Source: Mycobacterium sp.
GTDB taxonomy: Bacteria; Actinomycetota; Actinomycetes; Mycobacteriales; Mycobacteriaceae
Length of the DNA stretch: 56,817 nt
Reading direction: 5' to 3'
Assembly (NCBI GenBank): GCA_049683355.1
Contig: JBAUJB010000077.1
Span: 1 to 56,817 of the forward strand
Shown: piece by piece, positions 22,352-33,347 of the stretch
Numbering within the stretch: position 1 is the stretch's first letter
How the letters are laid out: every line of letters starts with the position of its first letter
Notes under the pieces: generated by a model
The model's database searches: none
Told to the model about the DNA's origin: nothing
Seen by the model: only the letters and a program-made list of their open reading frames with translations
Position numbers and translations under genes: made by a program

Positions 22352-24013
22352 ATGACCCACCGTCTCCGCCCGAGTCGCACGACACTGCTGTCCGCGGTAC
22401 TGGCAGTGGTGGGTGCCCTGGGGCTCACGTCGTGCTCGGAGGGCGCCGCGGATTCCATCGACTACGTCGTCGACGGGAAGCTGACCACCTACAACACCAA
22501 CACCGTCGCCGGCGCGGCGTCCGGCGGTCCTGCGGCCTTCGCCCGGGTGCTGACGGGGTTCAACTACCACGGCCCGGACGGCCAGGTCGTCGGGGACCAC
22601 GATTTCGGCAGCATCTCGGTGGTGGGCCGGACACCACTGATCCTCGACTACGAGATCAAGGCCGAGGCGGTGTACTCCGACGGAAAACCCATCACCTGCG
22701 ACGACATGGTGCTGGCATGGGCGTCGCAGTCGGGCAGGTTCCCCTGGTTCGACGCGGCCAACCGGGCCGGCTACACCGACATCGCCTCCATCGAATGTGC
22801 GCCGGGGAAGAAGCAGGCGCGGGTGTCCTTCGCCCAGGACCGTCCGTTCACCGACTACGGTCAGCTGTTCGCCGCGACATCGCTGATGCCGTCGCACGTC
22901 ATCGCTGACGAACTCGGTCTCGGCGACGGCGGGGTGACCACGGCGTTGCTCGACAACGACGGGCCGGTCGTCGAGCGCATCGCCCAGGCCTGGAACACCA
23001 CCTGGGACTTGGCCCCTGAACTGGATCTGGATCGTTTCCCGTCGTCGGGACCCTACAAGCTGGATTCGGTGACGGCCGAGGGCGGCGTGGTGCTGGTGGC
23101 CAACGACCAGTGGTGGGGTGCGCAACCGATCACCGGCAGGGTCACTGTGTGGCCCCGCAGCGCCGATCTGCAGGACCGGGTGAACGAGGGCGCCTACGAC
23201 GTCGTCGACATCACCGCCGGATCGTCGGGCACGCTGAACCTTCCCGACGACTACGAGCGGACCGATGCGCCGTCGGCCGGCGTCGAACAGCTGATCTTCG
23301 CCCCGGAGGGCCCGCTGGCCGCCGTCCCCGCGCGCCGGGCCCTCGCGCTGTGCACCCCAAGAGACGTCATCGCGCGCAACGCGTCGGTGCCGGTCTTCGA
23401 CTCGCGCCTCAACGCCGCGACCGAGGACGCCTACGGGGTGGCCGAGACCCCACCGGAAGCCGGGCAGTTCGTCGCCGCGAACCCCGACGCCGCCCGCGAC
23501 GCACTGGGCGGTCAGCTCCTGACGGTGCGCATCGGCTATCAGACACCGAACGCCCGACTTGCCGCCATGGTGGGGTCCATCGCGAACGCGTGCGCGCCGG
23601 CCGGGATCACCGTCGAGGACGTCGCAGACGAGGAGATCGGACCGCTGTCGTTGCGCGACAACGAGATCGATGTGCTGATCGCGAGCGTCGGCGGAGCGGC
23701 GGGCAGTGGCTCGTCGGGGTCTTCGATCATGGACGCCTACAGCTTGCACAGCGGCAACGGCAACAATCTGCCCCGCTACACCAACGAGCGCATCGACGGG
23801 ATCATCTCGACGGTGGCTGTGATCTCCGACCCCAAGGAGCTCGCCCGGCTGCTCGGCGAGGGAGGTCAGATCCTGTGGGCCGACATGCCGACCCTGCCGC
23901 TGTACCGTCAGCAGCGGACACTGCTGGCGTCGACGGAGATGTATGCGGTGAGTAGCAATCCGACGCGATGGGGTGCGGGGTGGAACATGGACCGATGGCA
24001 ACTGAGCCAGTGA
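22352..24013 (+). CDS. ABC transporter family 5 substrate-binding lipoprotein (Rv2585c-like)
   Basis: Lipobox [21 protein letters not shown]; lies between secF and apt. Confidence 0.88.
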   Translation: MTHRLRPSRTTLLSAVLAVVGALGLTSCSEGAADSIDYVVDGKLTTYNTNTVAGAASGGPAAFARVLTGFNYHGPDGQVVGDHDFGSISVVGRTPLILDYEIKAEAVYSDGKPITCDDMVLAWASQSGRFPWFDAANRAGYTDIASIECAPGKKQARVSFAQDRPFTDYGQLFAATSLMPSHVIADELGLGDGGVTTALLDNDGPVVERIAQAWNTTWDLAPELDLDRFPSSGPYKLDSVTAEGGVVLVANDQWWGAQPITGRVTVWPRSADLQDRVNEGAYDVVDITAGSSGTLNLPDDYERTDAPSAGVEQLIFAPEGPLAAVPARRALALCTPRDVIARNASVPVFDSRLNAATEDAYGVAETPPEAGQFVAANPDAARDALGGQLLTVRIGYQTPNARLAAMVGSIANACAPAGITVEDVADEEIGPLSLRDNEIDVLIASVGGAAGSGSSGSSIMDAYSLHSGNGNNLPRYTNERIDGIISTVAVISDPKELARLLGEGGQILWADMPTLPLYRQQRTLLASTEMYAVSSNPTRWGAGWNMDRWQLSQ

Positions 24014-24540
24014 ACACCACAGGGGTGGCGCAGGTCATCGCCTCGCTGCTGCGTGAAGTGCCCGACTTTCCCGAGCCGGGTATCCAGTTCAAGGATCTGA
24101 CCCCGGTGCTCGCCGATGCCGGCGGTCTCGGCGAGGTCAGCAGGGCGATCGCCGAGCTCGCCCGCGGCGCGGACCTGGTGGCCGGTGTGGATGCCCGCGG
24201 ATTCTTGCTCGGCGGCGCGGTTGCCCTCGAGCTGGGCATCGGCGTGCTGGCGGTGCGAAAGGGCGGCAAGCTGCCGCCGCCGGTGCTGAGCGAGACCTAC
24301 AGCCTGGAGTACGGCACCGCGACGCTCGAGGTTCCTGCCGAGGGAATCGAGTTGGCGGGACGCAAGATCATGGTGATCGACGACGTGCTCGCGACCGGCG
24401 GGACACTGACCGCCACCAACCGGTTGCTCGCCGCCGCGGGAGCGGAGGTGATCGGGGCGGTGGTGATGTTGGAGCTCGCCGCCCTGGGCGGTCGCGCGGT
24501 GCTGGAGCCGTTGCCGGTCACCAGCCTCTACACCGTCTGA
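24010..24540 (+). CDS. apt: Adenine phosphoribosyltransferase
   Basis: [42 protein letters not shown]. Confidence 0.97.
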   Translation: MNTTGVAQVIASLLREVPDFPEPGIQFKDLTPVLADAGGLGEVSRAIAELARGADLVAGVDARGFLLGGAVALELGIGVLAVRKGGKLPPPVLSETYSLEYGTATLEVPAEGIELAGRKIMVIDDVLATGGTLTATNRLLAAAGAEVIGAVVMLELAALGGRAVLEPLPVTSLYTV

Positions 24541-24578
24541 GCGGATATCCTGCGAAGAGCACAGCATCGGAGGTGAGC

Positions 24579-26954
24579 ATGGCCAGCGAGGACCCCCGCC
24601 CGCCCCAGGCCGCGCAACCGCCGGCCGGCGTGGGTGTGCAGAGTCCCGAGACCCAGCCGATGGAGCTGCCCAAGGCCGATCCGTCGAAGGCGTCGACCAG
24701 TGCCTCACGGCGGGTACGGGCCAGGTTGGCGCGCCGGATGACTTCTCAGCGCAGCACCGTCAACCCGGTGCTCGAGCCACTGGTCGCCCTGCACCGCGAG
24801 ATCTACCCGAAGGCGGACCTCACCCTGCTGCAACGGGCCTACGAGGTTGCCGAGCAGCACCACGCCGACCAATTACGCAAATCCGGGGACCCGTACATCA
24901 CCCATCCGCTGGCCGTCGCCAACATCCTGGCCGAGCTGGAGATGGACACCACGACGCTGATCGCGGCGCTGCTGCACGACACCGTCGAAGACACCGGTTA
25001 CACGCTTGAGGCCCTCACCGAGGAGTTCGGCACCGAGGTCGGTCACCTCGTCGACGGCGTCACCAAGTTGGACAGGGTGACGCTGGGCAACGCGGCCGAG
25101 GGCGAGACCATCCGCAAGATGATCATCGCGATGGCGCGCGACCCGCGGGTATTGGTGATCAAGGTTGCCGACCGACTGCACAACATGCGCACCATGCGAT
25201 TCCTGCCCCCGGAGAAGCAGGCCCGCAAAGCCCGCGAGACGCTGGAAGTGATTGCGCCACTGGCGCACCGGCTGGGCATGGCGACGGTGAAGTGGGAGCT
25301 CGAGGATCTTTCGTTCGCAATCCTGCATCCGAAGAAGTACGAGGAGATCGTGCGTCTGGTCGCGGGCAGGGCGCCGTCGCGCGACATCTATCTGGCCAAG
25401 GTGCGGGCCGAAATCAACGCCAGGCTGACCGCGTCGAAGATCAGCGCGGTGGTGGAGGGCCGGCCCAAGCACTACTGGTCGATCTACCAGAAGATGATCG
25501 TCAAAGGGCGCGACTTCGACGACATCCACGATCTGGTGGGCGTGCGCATCCTGTGCGACGAGATCCGGGACTGTTACGCCGCCGTCGGCGTGGTGCACTC
25601 GCTGTGGCAGCCGATGGCGGGGCGCTTCAAGGACTACATCGCCCAGCCGCGCTACGGGGTGTACCAGTCGCTGCACACCACCGTCGTGGGGCCTGAGGGC
25701 AAGCCGCTGGAGGTGCAGATCCGCACCCGCGACATGCACCGCACCGCCGAGTATGGGATCGCTGCGCACTGGCGCTACAAAGAGGTCAAGGGACGCAACG
25801 GATTGCCTACCGGCCACGCCGCCGCCGACATCGACGACATGGCCTGGATGCGTCAGCTGCTCGACTGGCAGCGGGAGGCGGCCGACCCCGGGGAGTTCCT
25901 CGAGTCGCTGCGCTACGACCTTGCGGTGCAGGAGATCTTCGTCTTCACCCCGAAGGGCGATGTGGTCACCCTGCCCGCCGGTTCCACGCCGGTGGACTTC
26001 GCCTACGCGGTGCACACCGAGGTCGGGCACCGCTGTATCGGCGCCCGGGTGAACGGCCGGCTGGTGGCGTTGGAGCGCAAGCTCGAGAACGGGGAACTGG
26101 TCGAGATCTTCACGTCCAAAGCGCCCAACGCGGGCCCGTCGCGCGACTGGCAGATGTTCGTGGTGTCGCCGCGGGCCAAGGCCAAGATCCGGCAGTGGTT
26201 CGCCAAGGAGCGCCGCGAGGAAGCGCTGGAAGCCGGCAAGGACGCGATCGCCCGGGAGGTACGCCGCGGCGGACTTCCGTTGCAGCGGTTGATGACCGGA
26301 GAATCCATGGGGGCGTTGGCGCGGGAGCTGCGCTATCTCGACGTCTCCGCCCTCTACACCGCGGTCGGCGAGGGGCACGTCTCGGCGCGACATGTGGTCC
26401 AGCGACTCGTCGCCCAGCTCGGTGGTGACGACGAAGCCGCCGACGAGTTGGCAGAACGCTACACGCCGGCGACCATGCCGATGCGGCAGCGCAGCACCGA
26501 CGATGTCGGGGTCGCGGTGCCCGGAGCGCCGGGGGTGCTGACCAAGCTCGCCAAGTGTTGTACGCCGGTGCCGGGCGACAACATCATGGGGTTCGTGACC
26601 CGCGGTGGAGGAGTCAGCGTGCACCGCACCGACTGCACGAACGCCACGTCGCTGCAAGACCAGTCAGAGCGCATCATCGACGTGCAGTGGGCACCGTCTC
26701 CGTCGTCGGTGTTCCTGGTGGCGATCCAGGTCGAGGCGCTCGATCGGCACCGGCTGCTCTCCGATGTCACCCGGGTGCTGGCAGACGAGAAGGTCAACAT
26801 CTTGTCGGCGTCGGTGACGACGTCCAACGACCGGGTGGCGATCAGTCGGTTCACCTTCGAGATGGGCGACCCCAAGCACCTCGGTCACGTGCTCAACGTG
26901 GTCCGCAACGTCGAGGGTGTCTACGACGTCTACCGCGTCACCTCGGCGGCCTGA
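24579..26954 (+). CDS. relA: Bifunctional (p)ppGpp synthetase/hydrolase
   Basis: [43 protein letters not shown] ([13 protein letters not shown]) and ACT domains. Confidence 0.98.
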   Translation: MASEDPRPPQAAQPPAGVGVQSPETQPMELPKADPSKASTSASRRVRARLARRMTSQRSTVNPVLEPLVALHREIYPKADLTLLQRAYEVAEQHHADQLRKSGDPYITHPLAVANILAELEMDTTTLIAALLHDTVEDTGYTLEALTEEFGTEVGHLVDGVTKLDRVTLGNAAEGETIRKMIIAMARDPRVLVIKVADRLHNMRTMRFLPPEKQARKARETLEVIAPLAHRLGMATVKWELEDLSFAILHPKKYEEIVRLVAGRAPSRDIYLAKVRAEINARLTASKISAVVEGRPKHYWSIYQKMIVKGRDFDDIHDLVGVRILCDEIRDCYAAVGVVHSLWQPMAGRFKDYIAQPRYGVYQSLHTTVVGPEGKPLEVQIRTRDMHRTAEYGIAAHWRYKEVKGRNGLPTGHAAADIDDMAWMRQLLDWQREAADPGEFLESLRYDLAVQEIFVFTPKGDVVTLPAGSTPVDFAYAVHTEVGHRCIGARVNGRLVALERKLENGELVEIFTSKAPNAGPSRDWQMFVVSPRAKAKIRQWFAKERREEALEAGKDAIAREVRRGGLPLQRLMTGESMGALARELRYLDVSALYTAVGEGHVSARHVVQRLVAQLGGDDEAADELAERYTPATMPMRQRSTDDVGVAVPGAPGVLTKLAKCCTPVPGDNIMGFVTRGGGVSVHRTDCTNATSLQDQSERIIDVQWAPSPSSVFLVAIQVEALDRHRLLSDVTRVLADEKVNILSASVTTSNDRVAISRFTFEMGDPKHLGHVLNVVRNVEGVYDVYRVTSAA

Positions 26955-26998
26955 GCCCTCCCGACCACCTCGGCGGCGGGGCGGTCAGGGCGGGTCGA

Positions 26999-27895
26999 TC
27001 AGTCCAGGGCGATCGACTCGACGTTGACGTCCAGCTTCGGCGGGCCGTCCGGGCCGCCGTCGATCGTCCCTTCGGCCGCGATCTTGTCCAACGTCTGCAG
27101 ACCGGTCTCGTCGATGGTGCCGAACACCGTGTAGTTCGGCGGCAGCTGCGAATCGCCGAACACCAGGAAGAACTGGCTGCCGTTGGTGCCCGGACCCGCG
27201 TTGGCCATGGCCAGCCTTCCCCGCGGATAGACCACGGGCTCCATCAACGCCGGATCGTCGGGCTGGTACTGATTGGTCGGGTACTCGTTGGCGAACTGGT
27301 AGCCGGGACCGCCGGTGCCCACGCCTGTGGGGTCGCCGCACTGCAGGACCTTCAGTGATTCGCTGGTCGTCAGCCGGTGGCACGGGGTGTCGTCGAACCA
27401 ACCCTGCTGGGCCAGGCTGGCGAAGCTGTTGACCGTGCACGGGGCTTTGGCGTTGTCGAGCTGCAGTCCGATGTTGCCCTGGTTGGTCGCCATGCTGGCG
27501 CTGACCTGCGCGGGCTCGGTCGGCACCCGGCCCTCGCGCGGCGCGTCGTTGGGCTTGCTGGCCTCCTCCGCGGACTGCGGATACTGGCAGTCGCTTCCCA
27601 GGCCCTCGGGCGGCTGGAACGGGGGCAGCGCACCGGCCTGTGCCGGCTCGGGTGCGTCCAGCGGCGACGCCTCCGAGGTGGTCGCGGTGGTGCCCGACGT
27701 CGACGCGGTCTGCTGACCGGAATCGCGGTTGGTCAGGACGATGGTCGCCACCACGGCGCCGATCACCACGACCGCGGCCACGGCCGAGCCGATGATCGTG
27801 TACATACGGCGTTTGCGTTCGTTCTCTGCCCGTCGCTCGAGTTGTCGTTCGAGCTTGCGCTTGGCTGTCTCACGCCGTTGTTCGTTCGTCGGCAC
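26999..27895 (-). CDS. ppiB: Membrane-anchored cyclophilin-type peptidyl-prolyl isomerase
   Basis: MPTNEQRR start, TM helix, CHRLT, LQCGDP.G.GTGGPGY, MANAGPGTNGSQFF, YTVFG. Confidence 0.92.
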   Translation of the reverse strand: MPTNEQRRETAKRKLERQLERRAENERKRRMYTIIGSAVAAVVVIGAVVATIVLTNRDSGQQTASTSGTTATTSEASPLDAPEPAQAGALPPFQPPEGLGSDCQYPQSAEEASKPNDAPREGRVPTEPAQVSASMATNQGNIGLQLDNAKAPCTVNSFASLAQQGWFDDTPCHRLTTSESLKVLQCGDPTGVGTGGPGYQFANEYPTNQYQPDDPALMEPVVYPRGRLAMANAGPGTNGSQFFLVFGDSQLPPNYTVFGTIDETGLQTLDKIAAEGTIDGGPDGPPKLDVNVESIALD

Positions 27896-28011
27896 CGCCG
27901 GTTCCTCCTCGCGTTCGATCCAGTCGGCACCGAGTGTGCCAGCTGTCGTCCACGACGGGCGCCGCGACCCTCGTGAACAGCGACGGGAACTGGACATGGG
28001 AAGCTGGAACA

Positions 28012-28689
28012 GTGTTGATCACCGGATTCCCGGCGGGCATGTTGGCGTGCAACTGCTACGTGCTGGCCCCCAAGGCCGGCGCCGACGCCGTCGTCGTGGA
28101 TCCCGGTCAGCGGGCGATGGGGCCACTGCGCCGGATTCTGGACGAGAACCGCCTCACCCCGGCGGCGGTGTTGCTGACCCACGGCCACATCGACCACATG
28201 TGGTCGGCGCAGAAGGTGGGCGATACGTACGGCTGTCCTGTCTACATACATCCGGAGGACCGATTCATGCTCACCGACCCGATCAAGGGATTCGGGCCGC
28301 GGATCGCGCAGATGGCCTTCGGCGCCATGTTCCGCGAGCCCAGACAGGTGATCGAACTCGATCGCGACGGCGACAAGATCGAACTGGGCGGTGTCACGGT
28401 GGCGGTGGACCACACCCCGGGGCACACTCGGGGTTCTGTCGTGTTCCGGGTCGACGGTGGTGTCGGCGCGGGTCCGGGCGCGGTGGCCTTCACCGGCGAC
28501 ACGCTGTTTCGCCAGTCGGTGGGCCGCACCGACCTGCCCGGCGGCAGCGGTCGTGATCTGCTGGCGTCGATCGTGACAAAACTGCTGGTGCTCGACGATG
28601 ACACCCTGGTATTACCGGGGCACGGCGAGCGCACCACCATCGGCGACGAACGTCGTGCCAACCCGTTTCTCGAAGGTTTGAATCCGTGA
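28012..28689 (+). CDS. MBL-fold metallo-hydrolase (glyoxalase II-like, Rv2581c-like)
   Basis: THGHIDH, HTPGHT, FTGDTLF, PGHG. Confidence 0.93.
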   Translation: MLITGFPAGMLACNCYVLAPKAGADAVVVDPGQRAMGPLRRILDENRLTPAAVLLTHGHIDHMWSAQKVGDTYGCPVYIHPEDRFMLTDPIKGFGPRIAQMAFGAMFREPRQVIELDRDGDKIELGGVTVAVDHTPGHTRGSVVFRVDGGVGAGPGAVAFTGDTLFRQSVGRTDLPGGSGRDLLASIVTKLLVLDDDTLVLPGHGERTTIGDERRANPFLEGLNP

Positions 28690-29963
28690 CTGACCGTGGT
28701 CCTTCTGTCTCTTTTCAGGCGCCCAAGGGCGTTCCCGACTATGTGCCGCCGGAGTCGGCGGAGTTCGTCGCTGTGCGTGGCGGCCTGCTCGCCGCGGCCC
28801 GGCGGGCCGGGTACGGCGACATCGAGTTGCCCATCTTCGAGGACACCGCGCTGTTCGCGCGGGGTGTCGGGGAGTCCACCGACGTGGTCTCCAAGGAGAT
28901 GTACACTTTCGCCGACCGTGGTGAGCGTTCGGTGACGCTGCGACCCGAGGGAACTGCCGGCGTCATGCGCGCGGTGATCGAGCACGGTCTGGATCGCGGG
29001 CAACTGCCGGTCAAACTCTGCTACGCGGGTCCGTTCTTCCGCTACGAACGGCCCCAGGCCGGCCGGTACCGCCAGCTGCAACAGGTCGGTGTGGAGGCGA
29101 TCGGTGTCGACGACCCCGCCCTGGATGCGGAGGTCATCGCCGTCGCCGACGCCGGTTTCCGCTCGCTCGGACTGGACGGGTTCCGATTGGAGCTCACCTC
29201 GCTCGGCGACGACAGTTGCCGCCCGCAGTACCGGGAACTGTTGCAGGACTTCCTGTTCGGGTTGGACTTGGACGAAGAGACGCGGCGTCGTGCCGAGATC
29301 AACCCGCTGCGGGTGCTCGACGACAAACGCCCGAAGATGCAGGAGCTGACCGCCGACGCCCCGGTGATGATCGACCACCTGTCCGATGCGGCCAAGCAGC
29401 ACTTCGAGACGGTGCTGGCGCACCTGGACGCGTTGGCGGTGCCGTACGTGATCAACCCGCGGATGGTGCGCGGGCTGGACTACTACACCAAGACGACGTT
29501 CGAGTTCGTGCACGATGGTCTGGGAGCGCAGTCCGGTATCGGCGGCGGCGGCCGCTACGACGGTCTGATGCAGCAGCTGGGCGGCCGGGACCTGTCCGGC
29601 ATCGGGTTCGGCCTCGGTGTCGACCGGACGGTGTTGGCGCTGCGTGCAGAGGGAAAGACGGTTGGTTCGGCCGGTCGCGTCGACGTGTACTGCGTGCCGT
29701 TGGGGGAGCGGGCCAAGCTCGAGCTGGCGGTTCTGGCGGCGGCATTGCGCGGGGCCGGCGTGCGCGTCGACATGGCTTACGGCGACCGGGGACTCAAGGG
29801 AGCCATGCGTGCCGCCGACCGGTCAGGCGCGTCGCTGGCGTTGGTCGCCGGTGACCGCGACATCGAGGCGGGCACCGTCGGCGTGAAGAACCTGGCCAAC
29901 GGCCAACAGGAGGACATCGCCGCGGATGCCGTTGTGGCCGAGCTGCTTCCGCGCCTCACCTGA
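28686..29963 (+). CDS. hisS: Histidine--tRNA ligase
   Basis: [47 protein letters not shown]. Confidence 0.98.
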   Translation: MTDRGPSVSFQAPKGVPDYVPPESAEFVAVRGGLLAAARRAGYGDIELPIFEDTALFARGVGESTDVVSKEMYTFADRGERSVTLRPEGTAGVMRAVIEHGLDRGQLPVKLCYAGPFFRYERPQAGRYRQLQQVGVEAIGVDDPALDAEVIAVADAGFRSLGLDGFRLELTSLGDDSCRPQYRELLQDFLFGLDLDEETRRRAEINPLRVLDDKRPKMQELTADAPVMIDHLSDAAKQHFETVLAHLDALAVPYVINPRMVRGLDYYTKTTFEFVHDGLGAQSGIGGGGRYDGLMQQLGGRDLSGIGFGLGVDRTVLALRAEGKTVGSAGRVDVYCVPLGERAKLELAVLAAALRGAGVRVDMAYGDRGLKGAMRAADRSGASLALVAGDRDIEAGTVGVKNLANGQQEDIAADAVVAELLPRLT

Positions 29964-29974
29964 CCGTCATTTCC

Positions 29975-30035
29975 GCGAGCGCGCGGGTCTGTACGTCGAC
30001 GCGCCGGTAATTGTCGTGCAAAACGTCGCGCTCAC
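29975..30035 (+). repeat. ~60-bp REP-like imperfect palindrome, copy 1
   Basis: GCGAGCGCG...CGCGCTCAC termini; aligns along its length with the reverse complement of 40843-40902. Confidence 0.75.
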
Positions 30036-30052
30036 CGACGGCGACGGTGCTG

Positions 30053-30400
30053 TCAGCGTGACGTCGTGAATCTGCGTGCCACCGCGCCCTGCGCCACCGC
30101 GGCGACGAGGGTGAGCGCTCCGACGGCGCCGAGCGTGATCGTCCACAGCCGGCGATCCTCGAGGTCCTTTTCACACAGCCGGACGTAGTTCGGGTCCACG
30201 AGCACCTCGCCGAAGACGGGGACGTTTGCCTCGCTGGCGTCGTCATTGGCGCGGGCGGCGGACAGGTCGGGAGCGATCGCGCTACCGCACCTGACGACTT
30301 CGCCTTCGCCGGCGGTCACCGACACGGGGACAACCAGACCCACGATCCCGACGAGCAGAGCCACGGCGCCCGCGGCCACGATTATCAGTCGCACCTTCAT
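30053..30400 (-). CDS. Small two-TM membrane protein with a Cys pair in its loop
   Basis: MKVRLIIVAAGAVALLVGIVGLVVPVSV...CGSA...C...RRLWTITLGAVG. Confidence 0.75.
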   Translation of the reverse strand: MKVRLIIVAAGAVALLVGIVGLVVPVSVTAGEGEVVRCGSAIAPDLSAARANDDASEANVPVFGEVLVDPNYVRLCEKDLEDRRLWTITLGAVGALTLVAAVAQGAVARRFTTSR

Positions 30401-30410
30401 GCGGACACTG

Positions 30411-30436
30411 GTACCCGCAGTCGGCACCTTGATACC
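30411..30436 (-). promoter_or_regulatory. SigF-type promoter (leftward)
   Basis: GGTAT-N15-GGGTAC, ending 10 nt before ATG 30400. Confidence 0.7.
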
Positions 30437-30470
30437 CGGACGGCTGATCATCGGATTTGTGCCTTTTGAC

Positions 30471-30496
30471 GGTATGGCCCGGCGGTACTCGGGTAC
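30471..30496 (+). promoter_or_regulatory. SigF-type promoter (rightward)
   Basis: GGTAT-N15-GGGTAC, ending 8 nt before ATG 30505. Confidence 0.7.
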
Positions 30497-30504
30497 TTCT
30501 CGGC

Positions 30505-30948
30505 ATGAGCAGCAGACGGTTGGCTATCGCCATGGGGGCCGTGACCCTGGTCGCCGCGGGCTGCTCGAGCGGCTACGAAGCGTTGGGCACCCGCACCGCG
30601 CAGGTGTCGATCAACGGCACCGAGGTCGCCGAGAACCCACGGATCCAATGTGAGCAGGTCCAATGGGTCTGGTTCATCAAATCGCTGCAGGAGACGCCGG
30701 GTTTCAGTGCGCAGGTGCATACCGGTGACACGGTGGTGCCCAGGTTGGTGCGCATCGAGAATCTCGGCGGCTTCACAGGTAGCTCGTGGAACGCCGAGAC
30801 CACCGCTCCCGCCACCCCTGTCGGCGTCGAGGCCGATGCCGAGATCACCGACGGAGTGTTCACCATCTCGGGAACCGCCATGGGTTTCTACCAGGACGAT
30901 CCCGCGGAAACCACTACCGCGGAGTTCGAGATCCGGACGGACTGCTGA
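30505..30948 (+). CDS. LpqH (19-kDa antigen) family lipoprotein
   Basis: Signal peptide with lipobox AAGC; AQVSING..C; FTISGTAMG; terminal FEIRTDC. Confidence 0.75.
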   Translation: MSSRRLAIAMGAVTLVAAGCSSGYEALGTRTAQVSINGTEVAENPRIQCEQVQWVWFIKSLQETPGFSAQVHTGDTVVPRLVRIENLGGFTGSSWNAETTAPATPVGVEADAEITDGVFTISGTAMGFYQDDPAETTTAEFEIRTDC

Positions 30949-30954
30949 GGGAGA

Positions 30955-31473
30955 TCACTGGGACTGGATGGGACACGCTTCCACCGGTACCGGCAATGTC
31001 ACGTCACCGGCCTGCTCGAAGCGGAACGTGACGTCGGTGTTGGTGGCCGGCTTGAGATCCGGGTCCAGTCGATCCAGCAACACCGCCGGGCGGCTCGCCT
31101 CGTCATTGCCCGGCTCAACGTTGGGCTCCCCGAAACTGACGGTGGACTTGGGCGGAATCTCCACGGCGCCGATGATGCGGGCCTGCTCGGCGGCGCTCGT
31201 CGACAAACCAAGGAGCCGCTCGGTCTCCGCCGGACGGTTGTTCGTGACGGTGAAGCGCATCGCGCCCCCGGCGTTGAGCTGGATCTCGCAAAAGCCGGGC
31301 ACATACGTCGGCACGATGTAGGCGTTCTCGACGCTTGTGTTCTCGGTGTGTGACCCGGAGCCGCGGTTGGAGGCGTCCAGCACCACGTCCTCGCCGCAGC
31401 CGCTGGCAACGAGCGTCAACGCCGCTGCTCCCGCCAACACCGAACCGCTTCTCCGAAACTGTGACGAGCTCAT
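30955..31473 (-). CDS. LpqE-like lipoprotein
   Basis: Lipobox ASGC; FTVTN...ERLL; LKPA...VTFRFEQAGDVTLPVPV C-terminus. Confidence 0.65.
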   Translation of the reverse strand: MSSSQFRRSGSVLAGAAALTLVASGCGEDVVLDASNRGSGSHTENTSVENAYIVPTYVPGFCEIQLNAGGAMRFTVTNNRPAETERLLGLSTSAAEQARIIGAVEIPPKSTVSFGEPNVEPGNDEASRPAVLLDRLDPDLKPATNTDVTFRFEQAGDVTLPVPVEACPIQSQ

Positions 31474-31560
31474 TGTCTCCCTCCGCCGCGGCGTGGCGAG
31501 CGAGGCTCGGCCGGCGTGCCGCTGTGTCTGGATGCCAGGGACCCCCGGCTCGAAAGACAG

Positions 31561-31586
31561 GTTCCCCAGCGCGCGTGCTTGAAACC
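31561..31586 (-). promoter_or_regulatory. SigF-type promoter candidate for the LpqE-like gene
   Basis: GGTTT-N15-GGGAAC. Confidence 0.5.
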
Positions 31587-31833
31587 CCGCCCTAGCGGAT
31601 TCACCGCTTGACCCATCTCCCTACACCGGCAACCTAAGAGCCGGTTGTGGGCTTCGTGCAGATCGAATGAGCTTCGCGTGCTTCGCGACGTCGGTGGCCA
31701 TGCAGTTATTGCGATTCAGCAACGATTGGGCCTCGGTCAGGTTTTCGTATCCCATCCGGGTAGGCGGACTGCAGACCAATCAACCCCGCGGAGGGCCGCC
31801 ACCACTTCTTCCGCACCGCCGAAGGAGGCCGCC

Positions 31834-32667
31834 ATGGACGTTGCGGAGCGCAATTGTGTCAAGACCGGAGATTCGGACGCCCGAGACCCCGACTGGTCCG
31901 CCGTCGAGGACCTGTTCGAGCGGTTGGCCGCGTGCTCGACTGCCGAAGAGCGCCGTCGGTGGCGGCAGCGGATCATCACGGAGTGTCTGCCGCTTGCCGA
32001 CCACATCGCCTACCGCTTCGTCGGTCGTGGTGAACCTTCCGACGACCTGATCCAGGTCGCCCGGATCGGCCTGGTCAAGAGCGTGGATCGGTACGTGCCC
32101 GCCAAAGGGCGCTTCATGGCCTTCGCGGTGCCGACGATTCGCGGCGAGGTGCGACGGCACTTTCGCGACGGCACGTGGTCGATGCGGGTGCCCCGCAAGG
32201 TGCAGGAGACTCAGCTCAGGATGCGGCACGCGGTCGAGACACTCTCACAGCGGTTGAACCGTCTACCGACGAACCCCGAAGTGGCTCGCGAGCTCGGCGT
32301 GGACGACGACGATGTGGCCCAATCCCACTCGGCTCATTGGGCCTACCGCCCGCTGTCGCTGGATGCGCCCCGTCCGGCGGATGACGGTTCGGAGCCCACC
32401 GGTATCGGCGCGACTCACGGGGTGGACGATCCAGGCTACGAAACTGTGGAGAACCTCATGGTGCTGCGCGAGGCCATCGCCGAGTTGGACCCGCGGCGCC
32501 GGGCCATTCTCGGGATGCGGTTCTTCCAGGGGCTGACCCAACGCGAGATCGCCCTGCGCCTCGACATTTCACAGGTGCAGGTATCGAGGCTGCTCGACGG
32601 AACATTGGCCCGGCTTCGGGACCGGATGGACGACGGCGTCGCCGCGCCAACCGCGGAGGCCGCATGA
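31834..32667 (+). CDS. SigB/SigF/SigG family RNA polymerase sigma factor
   Basis: AAGGAGG RBS; LPLADHIAYRF.GRGEP.DDLIQVARIGLVKSVDRY, FAVPTIRGEVRRHFRD.TWSMRVPR, RFFQGLTQREIA..L.ISQVQVSRLL. Confidence 0.95.
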   Translation: MDVAERNCVKTGDSDARDPDWSAVEDLFERLAACSTAEERRRWRQRIITECLPLADHIAYRFVGRGEPSDDLIQVARIGLVKSVDRYVPAKGRFMAFAVPTIRGEVRRHFRDGTWSMRVPRKVQETQLRMRHAVETLSQRLNRLPTNPEVARELGVDDDDVAQSHSAHWAYRPLSLDAPRPADDGSEPTGIGATHGVDDPGYETVENLMVLREAIAELDPRRRAILGMRFFQGLTQREIALRLDISQVQVSRLLDGTLARLRDRMDDGVAAPTAEAA

Positions 32668-32720
32668 GCGCGGCCGCCGCAGTCGGCTCTGATCTTCTCG
32701 TCGCAAAGTAGGTGAGCGGC

Positions 32721-33248
32721 ATGTGGTTCGACGAATGGGCCGACGTCGTCAGGGTGCTGCTCGTCGGTGCCGCCGCCTACCTCACGCTGATCGTGGTGCT
32801 ACGGATCTCCGGAAAGCGCACGTTGGCCAAACTCAATGCGTTCGACCTGGTGGTGACGGTGGCGGTCGGTTCGACGCTGGCCACGATCCTGCTGAACTCG
32901 GATGTGTCGTTCACAGAGGGGGCCGCGGCATTCGCGTTGCTGGCGGCGCTGCAGTTCCTGGCGGCGACGGTGTCGTCCCGGGTGAAGGCCGGCCGTTCGG
33001 TGTTGACTGCGCGGCCGACGCTCCTCGTGTCACAGGGCGTTCTGCTCGACGGCGCATTGCGCCGTCAACGGGTCAGTGTCGACGAGATCCACCAGGCGAT
33101 CCGGTCCTCCGGACAAGGTGACATCAGCCAGATCGCCGCGGTGGTGCTGGAGACCGACGGATCTCTGAGCGTGATCGGCGTCGACAAGGTCGGCGACTGG
33201 TCGGCGTTGGCTGAGCTGTCGGACATGCCCGAGCCGCCGCAGCAATAG
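32721..33248 (+). CDS. DUF421 (YetF/YcaP-like) membrane protein
   Basis: LRISGKRTLAKLNAFDLVVTVAVGS, P.LLV..G, AVVLETDGSLSVI. Confidence 0.88.
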   Translation: MWFDEWADVVRVLLVGAAAYLTLIVVLRISGKRTLAKLNAFDLVVTVAVGSTLATILLNSDVSFTEGAAAFALLAALQFLAATVSSRVKAGRSVLTARPTLLVSQGVLLDGALRRQRVSVDEIHQAIRSSGQGDISQIAAVVLETDGSLSVIGVDKVGDWSALAELSDMPEPPQQ

Positions 33249-33269
33249 ACGCAACAGAAAGGACCATCC

Positions 33270-33347
33270 GTGCACATCGCGACCCACCCACCCCGCAACC
33301 CGCACGGGACGACGTCGCCGCCTTGCTCGCCCGGTTGGGCCGGCTGA
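33270..33347 (+). other. 25-aa small ORF or gene remnant coupled to the glucose dehydrogenase gene
   Basis: AGAAAGGA RBS, GTG start, MHIATHPPRNPHGTTSPPCSPGWAG*, TGATG overlap with the next ATG. Confidence 0.45.

Noticed and set aside
29975..30035. Palindromic elements as CRISPR repeats or tRNAs
   Set aside because: Isolated copies with no repeat-spacer periodicity, no cas genes and no cloverleaf.
31740..31763. GGTTT-N13-GGGTAG as an autoregulatory promoter of the island sigma
   Set aside because: The spacer is 2-4 nt shorter than the consensus and than every other match here; not accepted without TSS data.
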